From Azolla caroliniana (Eukaryota; Plantae; Polypodiophyta): 64,000 nt of DNA. The DNA is taken from contig JBHGNT010000009.1 of the NCBI GenBank assembly GCA_043228905.1, positions 2,852,001 through 2,916,000 of the forward strand, read 5' to 3'. The notes under the pieces are model-generated. The model saw only the letters and a program-made list of their open reading frames with translations. It had not been told where the DNA came from and did not search any database. Positions 36,883-48,195 of the stretch are shown here, piece after piece; position 1 is the first letter of the stretch; each line of letters opens with the position of its first letter. The position numbers and the translations under genes are program-made.

Positions 36883-39800
36883 TTACTCATCCTCTATTTG
36901 AATATATAAGCTTGCACGGGGATGCAGCTCGGCATCTTTCAAAGTGAGCCCGAGCTTATCATCACCATAAACAACACGAGGGAAATTTGACACGAGCTTG
37001 TAGTTTGTGGCATCAAATGATGGTAGTGAATCCACATAATCATATACCGAAGATAAAGTTGCAGTAGCCAAAAACCTTCTTCCACCTCTCTCACCATTTG
37101 GAAACCGTATCAAGACCTGCATAAAAATAAGAAAGAACATATATGAACACAATTCTGAGACAATTAGATTAGGACAAAAACTAATACAAAACAGGCTTCT
37201 GATTTTCAGGTATGAAACAATGTAAATGATTGATTACATATCAGAGACTCCAAATCTATGAAGGAAAATATACACCAGATCAACATGTTTAGGAAATACA
37301 ATTGATATGGTAATGTGTTTCAAAAGAAGTGCATGCACTATGACAACCAATAACTTACCCTAGGTTATTATAAGAAATTAGCTACGGTTCAATTTGAGCC
37401 AAACCGAATGGCTATTCCCTCTATACATCCTCCCAAACTCCCTGATCTCTCTTAAGTAATGTGATACCTCATCTATATAGAGAGCAAAGAGAGTAGGTGA
37501 TAATGGGCATCCTTGTTTTACTCCAATTGTACTAGCACAGGCTAACACAGCCTCTGACAACCAATTAGGAAATTGCACTTTTCTTGACATGGATTCATAA
37601 AGTGGATAAATTCCCAAGGGGACACCAAGGGCTTCAAGCCAGAGCATGAGCTAAGCACACAAATGATTTAATCTCTTTATGAAACATATTTTAAAGGTAT
37701 TTTCCTTGGATTGACCAATACAATGCAAAAAAAGGAATACAACACAAGCAATATAACAGAACGGAATATATTTTATATAGCATAAGCAATAGACACCAAA
37801 AAGAAATGTAAGTAAAGCATTAAATACCAAAAGAAATATCCCAAAAAGGAATATACTCTCAAACAAAGATTATATGCATTATATACCTCTGTAACATCTG
37901 GACCTTTCTCGGGCTCGGGCCCCAATGCCATGGCCTTCTCTTGCTTCCGACGTTCTAGAAGTGCTTGCCTTTCTGCTGCTTCTTGAATAGCTTTTGCAGT
38001 GGCTTCTTCATCTTCTTTGCGTTTTCGCTCAGCTTCTGCAGCTTCCAAAGCCACACGCTCTGCCTCTTCTTTCAGTCTTTGTTCTCTCTCCTGTAAATAA
38101 GAGCCGTTTCCAGTTACAAAGTTTACATATTGAATCAGTTTTCTACGTGTATTAAAACTTCTACCATATACTTGTTTGGTATATTTAATACTACTTGTTT
38201 GTATATTTTTTCCAAAAGTTCAGTACATTCTCTAAGCTTACTACATTTCTTAAAAATAAAAGTTAAAAAATGGTAGGGTGAATGATAGAAATTAGGGGTT
38301 GGGACATGATTTAAGGGTCTTTTTAATTCATAATTAAGACCTAGCCTTCCCGTACTTAATAAAATTCAGGCCTCGTTCAATTGTATCATCTTTAGAATCC
38401 CCGAGTAGGAGAAATGTCATCACCCATTTCATAAACAACATTGGCGACAATTATGAGGACTGAAAAAGCCAGGCATTTACAAATGATCCATCATTATCGG
38501 ACATCAGATAACGAATCAATGGAAATATATTGGTTAGGATTGCTATCATTGCTGCCCTCTTATTCTTATTGTTTTAGTTTTGCAGATGAATCAGACATTT
38601 TCTGTGCCAAAGCTGAACCAAATGAGAGGATAAAGATTGAAACAACAGACTAGTGCTGCTAAGACTGAGATGGAAACAAGGGTTTTCCATTTCCAAAGCA
38701 AGGAAATGGAAATTGGGGGCTAAAAATGTATGCTCATGAGTTACCGAGGCATATATTTACAAACACTGTTGTAGAATACTTAGCATACGATACGCGTAGA
38801 GTATGCATGCTAGCTATTCTATAAGTATTCTAACCTTTTTCTTAAAATACTTAGAATGCGTATTTTACTGATAAAATACATAAAATACTTAGAATACTTT
38901 AAATACGTAGAATATGTGCAAAACATGTTAAATACTTTAAAAAAATTAAAAGTTATTTTCAATAAAATTTTAAAAAATTATATATTTTAAAAACTTTTTT
39001 GAAATGTTAAATACTTGTTAAATATGTAGAATACATCAAAAATTGAAAAATGGCAGTTCTAAAACGTAGAACGTGTAGAATACTTCAGAGTATCCTAAAA
39101 TGTATTCTAAATGTAGAATACGCATTTTTTTACGACTGTGTTTACAAAACAATTGTCAGATATGCTCATTGTGTGAGATTCTAAAAATGCTAGGCTATGA
39201 ATAGCAATTGACAACAGTTTGATTAGGATCAAGTTGGTTTAGGGGTCTCAAACTTGACATGTCAAAACCAAACCATTTAAAAAAAATGGAAATTAGACCA
39301 AACTGAACCATGAAAACGTTTAAACCAAACTGAATCATGAAAATATTTATACCATAACAGTTTAAGATATCCTGAAATCTAAACCAAATTGCATAGGGAA
39401 TCTTCAAAACTAAGCTGTTTAAAACCTATCTGTTTAAACATTGCAAACTAATTTCCATCAACTTTTAAAATATCTCAGGATTTATGATGTCTATGACCAT
39501 ATGAGCTGTTTAAGCTATTAAAACAGGCACATGCTTGCGATTTCAAGCTTGGTAAGCCTATAAACTGTGAAACAAATATAATTTCAAACCAAACAGAATT
39601 GTTAATCCCCCAAGCCAAACCAAGCCGTTCTGCTGATCACTAATACAAGGCATTAAAGTTAATACTATTAACACACATGAGTTAATAGCCCAACAGCAAC
39701 GTTGTCGATGGCTAGAGGTTTGACATAGCTTTATTATGCATATTATAGTATGAAAGCTTCTGATAGAAGCTGTAAAAGAATTTCTGTTACAAACTGTGAC

Positions 39801-42800
39801 AGGATTTGAAAATACAGAAAAAGAGGCTGTAGATGGAAATGCTGAAATGAAACATCAGGAAAACCAAACCCTTGGTGACTATAGAAAGGGCTTTATGCAA
39901 AGAAACAGATCACTTGCAGGCTGTCTAACTAAAACACATTAAGATTTAGTAGCCCAACATCCTTGTAGATGGTAAAAGGTGAGACATAGCATTATTATGC
40001 AATTTATACTATCACAGCTTGTGATAGAAGCTATGAAAGAAAAAATTGTTAAAACTGCAAACAGGATTAGAGAAACACAGAAAAAGAGACTGTAAACTAG
40101 AATGCTGAAATAAAACATCAGGAAAAATTAAACCCTTGGTGACTGTAGAAAGAGCTTTATGCAAAGAAACAGTACACTTGTGCAAGATAAATTGATGAGA
40201 ATGCTGTGTGATGGACAGGCAAATGTGTGAGGACCAATTTGACAGAAAAAAGTGTTTGATGTAGTAAAATTAGGCATCTGTGACATTAATAAGTATGCTT
40301 GGCTTGGAGTTGGTTCACACTCTGTGCCACTAGCTACATGACAACAGATCATGGAAAATTATATGCAGGACAAGACATATGGCTTGTGACAACAAGAGTG
40401 GACCGCTATATTGACTCTCTTGACAGACTTCTCTAGGTAAATTCATTGTTGCTGCACAAGCTAATGATGGAATCAAATTATGGCACAAAACGTTTGGTCA
40501 TATGAGCCAAAAGAGTTTGGATATACTATCTTCTTCTCACAAGCTAGTTGTCAAGGGCATTGAGCTTGACTTTTGTAATGATTGCATCTATGACAAAGAA
40601 CTTGAATCTTCCTACTACCCTAGCCCTTCCTGTAAATTAGCACCAGTTGAACTTATACATTCAAGAGTATATTTTTTATGCCTATGAAGGAAGTCCTTAG
40701 GTAAATCACTACAATTTATTACTTTTATTGATGATAACCCTAGAAAGGGCTTGATATATTTGCTGAAGGAAAACTTATTGCACGAAATATGGGATTAAAA
40801 GAGAGATTATATTTCCCAATACCTGGCTTCAAATTGTATCATTGAAACGCATACCACAACTTTATATAAATGTGTCTGATGTATGTTGCCTGGAGCTAAC
40901 CTTCTTCATGTGTTTCGGTTAGAGACCTTACAAATTGTGCAGTACATAATATAATGAGTCCCTACACAATTCACTTAAACGTAGCATGGAGAGGAAGTTT
41001 GGTCTGGCAAATCTGCCTCCTATGACATTCTTAACATCTTTGGTTGCGAATCATTTGTTCACACCTGGCAACAGCTGTGAAGCAAGCTGGATGCTAGACT
41101 CATCAAGGATATCTTCCTTGGATATGGCAAGCAAGGTGAGATGGGATACAGGGTTTCAGTAGCACAGTTCAGAAAAATGGTCAAAGCCGACATGCTGTGT
41201 TTAATGAGACAAAGCTGCTCAACAAAATGGATGCTTCAAAACTAAATATGGTTAAATTTCAGCAGGAACAGCAATCCATTGACCCAGAAATAACACCTCA
41301 GGAAGATAGACAACAGGTTGAAGCTCACAAACAACCAAGTCACTAGCCAGACAAGGATCAACAGAAAATTGCAGACCCTGAAGGTGAAAAGCAGCTACGA
41401 CACAAACATGCAAACATGCCTGCTATGCAGCAAGGTGACAATCCACCAGATCTAAAACCAACTCCAGAAAACACAGATCACCATGTTCAAAGATCTACAC
41501 AACCCAGGTGTCTGAGGCAACCATAAACTTCATCCCTCCAGGTTCTTCTCTTACAGAGGATGGAGAGCCTCTCAGAGTAACAGTGGCTAGGACATGTGAA
41601 CTTTCAAATAAGCAACAGCTTACTATGCAAGAAGAGATCAAATCACTCCATCCAAACAACATTTGGTATCTTGTGAAACTGCCTAATAGCAAGAAGGCCA
41701 TGTAAATGGGCATATAAAATAAACATTTTGTACATTGCTGATATAAGGAAGTTTTCTTGCCTCTATACAAATAGAGATGAAAATGGGAGCCCTACCATAC
41801 TAGTTTGTACATTGCTGACATATTAATTGCTGGAAAACAATCATTCTCTCGCAACAATTCTCTTGCCTCTATTGACATAAGGATGAAAATGGCAGCGCTA
41901 TAATACTAGTTTTGTACATTGCTGACATATCAAAAAATTTGACAGTCATTCTCTTGCAGGGTGTCATCTAGAGTTAGGAAGGTCTCTTGCCTGTATACAC
42001 AAAGATGAAATGGCAGCCCTATCATACTAGTTTTTTACATTGCTGATGTGCTGGAAAACAATATAAGACTCTGAACGAACCAAAAACAATCAAATCTGAA
42101 TTCTCCATGAAGGATCTTGGACATGCTGGGCTTATTCTTAACATGAGGATTGCAGGAAAGGCAAAAGATGCTGTTGTTTCTATCTCACGAGAAGAATATT
42201 GACAAAGAATTGGACAGATTTCCCATGGCTGATACCAAACTGCTTTCACTACCTCTTCAGCCTTAAGAGAATCTTAAAAAGGCAGTTTGTCTCTCTATTT
42301 ATGCAATACTAGAATGGCTGCAAATTGTTCCAAATTCTTGAGCTTGTGAATCGTTGATATTCACTATATCAGCAACAGCTCCAGACATTGTACATGCAAT
42401 TGGACAAGTGCGCAGATTCAAATTTCAACCTGAATGGAGACATTAGGCTACAGTCAAGTCAATACTAAAGTAACTTCACAGCACTAAGGCAAAGGGGATC
42501 TAAATCTCCATGGCTACAATGATTTTCATATAGCCGACAATGTGGACACTCAGAAGTCTCCTAGTAAATATATATTCACTAGTGAAAGACAGGCTGCTTA
42601 ACAGAACCCCCAGCTTCATGGGTTAGTTGCACTTTCTACCACAGAAGCTTCCACGAAAGCCCTTTGGTTAGCTTACCTATGTATTGATCTTTGACATCAA
42701 CAGTAAGTCCTAGTCTTACATTATGGCAATCAAAGTGCCATATGTTTCATGGACATACAAGTGTACTAATAAAATACTGCTTCATTCACAAGATGATTGA

Positions 42801-45800
42801 GGATGACTTGATCTAGCTAATAAAGATTGATATGAGTCAGAATCAAGTAAACTGACTTACAAAGTATCCTCAAGACACTTCATCAGCGTTTCCTTCACGT
42901 AATTGAAGTTGTCTAGATCCTTTAACTGGGAGGTTGTTAGGGTAAAAGCCCTAGGTGCCCCTTATTCTGTCCTACCTATATTGTAAAAGGTGGCTACCTA
43001 ATGCTGACCTAAATAAGATTGGCAGCATGGTCAACTCATTTATGTTTTTGCTTACCTCTCCAAGTGATCATACCCTGGGATTGGAGACCTAACTTTGTGT
43101 ATCTTGGCTACACTTTACTGAGAGCTGCATATCTATCTTCTGTTTTGGTCTATAACTCTCTATCCTATTTCATAAAACCTACATAAACATCATTTTCTCA
43201 TAGAAAGAAAGAAACAAAGATGTATTAACGTCTTTTAAGAGGCCAAAATGGCCTATAAGAACAATTCATTGAAATTTAACGTGCCACAGAAGACAGATTT
43301 AGTCATGGTCATAGTTGGAAGCGTAGAAGAAAATAAATGTCCGAATTTGGGGTACGGGCAAATTCCAAAATCCTGCAAAGAAAGAGAGGCAAGGGTGAAG
43401 AAAGGAAGCTGAAGTATGTAGTACAGAGGAGTTCCAAATTTCAAAAACTTAAGAGAATCGTTTTAAAAAGAGAGAAGAAAAATTGTAGAAAGTAGAGAGA
43501 ACAGAGAGATAAACCGCCACAGTAAGAACTGTTTACCATACTCTTATCCAAAGGAATGGTTCTGTCTAAATTATCATCTCTTCTAGATCTAGCTTTACAT
43601 ATTAACATATGACAAAATCCACAAACACTGGAATCAAGGGCATCATCAGTAGACACATCTGGAATGTTCTGCACATCATCAAGTATGTTATTTGTACTAT
43701 GGAGAATGAACAGCTTGGCTTTGACAATGGTTCTATTGCCTCCAAAATCAAAGGACATTAGTAGCTTTTCATTATTAGTTCTATATTCAGTCTACGAGAG
43801 CATCTGTCATTCGATGATGAATTATCAAAATGCTGAGTGTGAACGAAACGGATAACAATGTTTAATAGTTAGCACATGACAGGATACTCTATTCCAATTA
43901 GTTCATGCAGTCAAAGTTGATATTTACTTGATGGTGATTATATTTTAATCCATCATAAGTTGTAATATCATATTTTGTTGCTGGTTTTATTTCAGCTTGA
44001 AATAACATATTTTATATTTAGTTCCTACAAATAGGCCACTGACTTCTTGTTCTTATTGATGTATTGTGAAGTTTTAAGGTTTTCCAGCTGTTCTTCTCCA
44101 ATTGTCCCGCATAATCATCAAGTTGCTGGGAACTTCCTATGTACAGTTACACACTTTAGTTCAAGTTCAGGTTTAAAAATCATTTCAGGTTTCTTAGTAT
44201 TCACAATGTTCTTGTAAGGTTTCAAAATGGCGTCCTATAAGATATGGTCGTATCCTCCCTCTCTCTGCGTAACCCACTCAGGGGGCCTAGCTCTTCATGC
44301 AAGTTGCTGTTTCTGTACAGTTACACAACTTTATTTCTAGTTGACGTTTAAACATTGTTTCAGTTTTCTTTATATCTTAACACGTGTTCACCGTGTTCTC
44401 GTAAGGTTTCAAAATGACTTGTATTACCCCTTTGTTCCCCATAAACTATCAAGGGGCCTAGCTCTTCATGCACTCTGCTGTGAGCTTCTTTTATACAGTT
44501 ACCCAACTTTATTTCTAGCCCAGGTTTTAAACATTGTTTCAGATTTCCTTGTATTTTTAACATTTGTTCATCCTGTTCTTGTATGGTTTCATAATAGTAA
44601 CAAACTGGAGAGAATAAATAGCAGTCAATCTGAGAAAATCCTCAAACTGAAAAGGCTTTAATCAGCATTGCATATGATCTTGGTAGAACACAGGAGGCCT
44701 TCAATGCAATGATCAATGGGCAAGCTATCACCGAACACAAATACAAGGGTTGAACGCATGGTAGTATGGAAACAAGGGATGGGATAAACCACTAAACCTC
44801 AAATTATTTGATCAGGGCCACATAACATTATAACACTATGAGATAAACCATTATAAAGATTCTCTGCAATATGTTGTCAAGGATGTTTTGGTTGGATGTG
44901 AATCATGGTTCATGGAAAAGTTCCACAATTAGAGTCCTAAGATCAATATTACAAATAAGTAATACAACATAATAGATATATTTGTGCAAAATCATAAAAC
45001 TAATAGACGAAAATGCTGAATGAAAAGATAAACCCACTTGATCTGCTTGCAATGCAGCTTGATATGCAGCATCCTGTTCATCTCGTAGTCGCCTATTTAT
45101 GTGTCTCTCCTCTTGTTGTATTCTGGCATTCTGAAGTGCAACACCATGCTCATCCAAAACTTTTTGTAGTGCCGAAACTAGGTCCGCACTAGACCGTGGT
45201 CCTTCCAGCTATAATGGTTAAAAAGAAAGAAAAGACAAATATTTTCTGATGTCAGAAATAGAAAAAATGCCAAATCGTAAAAAAAGTTAAAATCCAACAT
45301 AGACTTATTGCTTACCTGCTGCAGGAGTGTGACTCTTTGGTTCGAAGAAGCCATTACAACAGCACAAAATGGGAAAGTTGAAGCTTTAAGTGTGTTGCTC
45401 ATTCTGAATCCTTCATTGGCTCTTATGCTACCACCCCATACCACAAAGTTGTTATTAATAAAATCTACTACAAAGTCTGTGCAAAGTGTTTGCTGAACAA
45501 AAAGTGGTGTATGCTCATGGTCTGGAGAATGAATATACACCAACAAAAACATAAATTCATCATTCGCTTTTCTCAATGCATCCAGAAAGCTTGACCGCTG
45601 AAACTCTGGATGGTGATGACCATATTCTCGCTCGAAGGTTCTAACAAAATCGTCAGCTTCAGCACCTCCTTGTGACAAAGGAAGAACAGAACTTGCCCCT
45701 TCCTCTCTTTGTTCAACTCTTGGTTGTTGTCCAGCCAAGCCAAGAGCACCTAATGAATGTGTAAGAATTCCTCCAGCAATCCACATACTGAGCCCAAATG

Positions 45801-46269
45801 CTCCGTGCATTATATTAAAACTTCCTCTTATCATTGAAAAGGGTAAAGTAGCTACTCTCCAACCCAATCCGGGACCTCCATGATGCCGAACAATATGCTG
45901 ATTTGCATTCATTGGTTCATTTGGTAATATATTTTGTCTCTCACTGATGCCATTATGGTAATCAGAAGAAAATCCATGGGGCATACCATCTCCATGGCTA
46001 CCATCTCTGTTAATACCATCTATACTCATATCATCAGTGACACGGAACAATGTCGAATTAGATGATCCGGAAGCTTCATGATTAGTAATATGGGAAGAGC
46101 TTGCAAAGAGTTCTTCATGGTCACCATCACCAACCATAGCACCAACAGCTTGATCCAGATCCCATCCAAATCTTTGCAGAATCTCTGCACACAAAGCGGA
46201 ATCTTGCAAACCAGTGACAGCTTGGAATTGAGAAACTTTATCGTCGTTGTTGGCTGACCCACCTGCCAT
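36883..46269 (-). CDS. PUX10: Plant UBX-domain protein PUX10/FAF2-like (UBA-like, hydrophobic hairpin, UAS, coiled coil, UBX), 4 coding exons, ~520 aa
   Basis: Exons 46269-45316, 45208-45038, 38090-37887, 37116-36883 (1563 nt). N-terminal FQAVTG...GWDLDQAV (UBA-like), hydrophobic WRVATLPF...GLSMWIAGG, UAS LLVYIHSPDH...FPFCAVV, RRLRDEQDAAYQAALQADQ coil, UBX VLIRFPNGERGGRRF...NFPR...LHPRASLYI. Confidence 0.92.
37395..37650 (-). mobile_element. Internal non-LTR reverse transcriptase fragment in PUX10 intron 3
   Basis: STIGVKQGCPLSPTLFALYIDEV is the LINE RT QGxxLSP motif. Confidence 0.8.
38764..39140. mobile_element. MITE with 8-bp TSD (hAT-like)
   Basis: TSD TTTACAAA at 38756-38763 and 39141-39148. 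Imperfect TIRs CACTGTTGTA / TACGACTGTG. Many internal TAGAATAC/GTATTCTA subterminal repeats. Confidence 0.7.
39224..39642. mobile_element. Probable MITE with AAACC subterminal repeats
   Basis: Ends TAGGATCA..TTGGTTTAGGGG and CCCCAAGCCAAACCAAG...TGATCACTA are loosely inverted. Repeated AAACCAAAC/TTTAAAAC motifs. No clear TSD. Confidence 0.4.
39684..40180. repeat. Diverged ~264-bp tandem duplication just upstream of the Copia remnant
   Basis: TAGCCCAACA...GATAGAAGCT...AAACATCAGGAAAA...AAACCCTTGGTGACT.TAGAAAG.GCTTTATGCAAAGAAACAG occurs twice. Confidence 0.8.
40185..43230 (+). mobile_element. Degenerate Ty1/Copia LTR retrotransposon in PUX10 intron 2, antisense to the gene
   Basis: Domains occur in Copia order with many stops and frameshifts: protease-like remnant (~40305), GAG-pre-integrase LWHKTFGHMSQK..FCNDCIY..VELIHS (40478-40665), integrase tail (FGC..F, KLDAR..IFLGYG), RT (MQEEIKSLHPNNIWYLVKLP; FSMKDLG), RNase H (GY..D..KS; VALSTTEA ~42630). 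A purine tract and TGTTAG at ~42934 suggest the 3' LTR start. No 5' LTR was identified. Confidence 0.85.
44141..44592. repeat. Diverged ~175-bp unit, about 2.5 copies
   Basis: TACAGTTAC(A/C)CA recurs at ~44142, 44317 and 44493. GGGGCCTAGCTCTTCATGCA occurs at 44282 and 44453. Confidence 0.75.
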
Positions 46270-46279
46270 TACAAAATGA

Positions 46280-46321
46280 CCTAAACCCTAATCCTAGCCC
46301 TAACCCTAGCCCTGACCCTAG
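46280..46321 (-). promoter_or_regulatory. Telomere-like repeat array (includes telo-box AAACCCTA) and G-quadruplex motif in the PUX10 5' leader
   Basis: Sense strand TAGGGTCAGGGCTAGGGTTAGGGCTAGGATTAGGGTTTAGG ends 10 nt before the ATG. AAACCCTA is at 46283-46290 on the plus strand. Confidence 0.7.
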
Positions 46322-46439
46322 AAACAGGGAAAGGAGGGGGAGGGAGAGGGGGTCCAGAGAGGGGCTTATTGATAAACAAGAACTGGGGGATTGAAATAGC
46401 GCTTGAAAACACGTATAAAGGAGTTAACAGGAAACTTAC
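46318..46439 (-). other. Probable 5'UTR intron of PUX10
   Basis: Donor G|GTAAGTT at 46439. Strong polypyrimidine tract CCCCCTCTCCCTCCCCCTCCTTTCCCTGTTTCTAG ending at 46318. Confidence 0.6.
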
Positions 46440-48195
46440 CACTGCGCCTTGAAGATCAGTCAGAACTCTTTGATTTCTTCTTCTTCTTCTTCTTTCTTCG
46501 GATTAGGGCGGATTGAACGGCGATTGTGGAGAGTCGGACGAATTGGGCGGTGAGCAAAGGGCAGAAAAATCAGGCGAGATTATTTGTGGGCTTCAAATGG
46601 AGGAGATCGATCGGTGTCATGGAAACAGAGGACATGAAAATAGTTGACATCCAATGGACAAGACAAAGACAAAGACAGAGACAGAGAGACTAACTTCAAG
46701 AGTAGATATAGGTAATAAATTGAGAGGAGGAGCATTTGCTTTTTAATGAAGTTTCTCCATATCCATACCAATGTCGTGCTTCTCCACATAACACATGGTT
46801 CCTTGTCGGAGCCCATCCAATTTATATTCATGTTTTGCTAATCCTTGGTCCCCTTCTCAATTATCTGATTTTATGTTTTGCTCATCTTTTGCTCGAAACC
46901 CACCCTTTTGTCGCCTTTGTTTGCTCCGGGCTGGACTTGGTCCAAGCAATACGTGGCACACGATTCGTTCATTGGTTTCTTGTTGGCCTCTCCTCATATA
47001 GGTTCTCTTCTGGAAATGTTTTGTTAGGATACTTTGCTATGTTTATATTCTCCCGGCATCTTCTATAGTAATGTGTGCTAAAAAGGATATTTCAAAGGAT
47101 GTCCACCTTTAAGAGCAAGATGCAACAAACAAGAGTAAGCTTGTTCATTTTTTTAGCCTACTACTAGTGGGGCATACAATTGGCCTTTCCAACCATTATG
47201 GCACTATGGTCTTATAAAGGTTCAAGACCTTATGTAAGTCGATTACATTTGAATTGCCTTCAAAAATGTTCCAAAACCTCGTACTTATGGACCCTTTTGT
47301 AAGTCCCGTGTTGATTTTATAAATTAAGCCTGCATAAATTGTCCAAGCTACAAATTTGGCAAATATGTGCTCTAGGGGTGCACTTGGAACACATATATTG
47401 ATGAAAAAACTTATTCTCGAAACAGCTGACTAAAGATTTGTATGCAACCACTAAAGGTAGGGAGCCATATAGCTGATGTTTCTATATGGTACATCATCAC
47501 TGAACTTCTCTTTCATACAAAAAGTCTTCCATTATTATCATGACCATCCACTTTTAAAAGTCTCTTTAGTCCACAAACACGCTTTCCTACCTCACATTTG
47601 GGAAGAGATCATCTCAATTTTGCAAATGACAATGGAGCTTTTCTCTTTGACTCTAATAGGCTACATGAAGACTCGTATCATCAAGTGAAAGTGATAGCAA
47701 CGCAACCATAAATGACCCAATCAATGAGAAAAGAAAAAGTACATGGAATGTGTAAGGATAATTTCTAATGACATAGAAAAATCACATGTTCATCTCTAAT
47801 AACATAATAATTTCCCATCAAGAGATGAGTGATATTAATCATCGAGCATAATACACTTCTCAATGCGTCATACTCGTCGAAATTATTACATGAGAAGCAT
47901 GATATCTTTTCGCAATTCCTTTTGACTACTCAAAGAACAAAGCATTTTCTCCAAATACATATTAATAGCCCATCTCCGTTGGTTAAACATTTTCTGTCAA
48001 AGATCTAGAGACTGACTTTTTATTGTTGTGATTTGTAAAATTCATAGAAATGTCAATACTCAACATTGATGTATCAATAAATGTTTTTTTTTTCTTCCGA
48101 ATGGTGTGCATGGAAACAATAAGAGGCATATACAAATGTATCAGAGGTTGACCATCTCCCAAGATAAATGCATGTATATACAGAAAACGCGTTCA

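Noticed and set aside
39684-40180. Direct repeats as possible LTRs of the Copia element
   Set aside because: They are adjacent to each other, lack TG..CA ends and do not resemble the sequence after the putative polypurine tract at ~42934.
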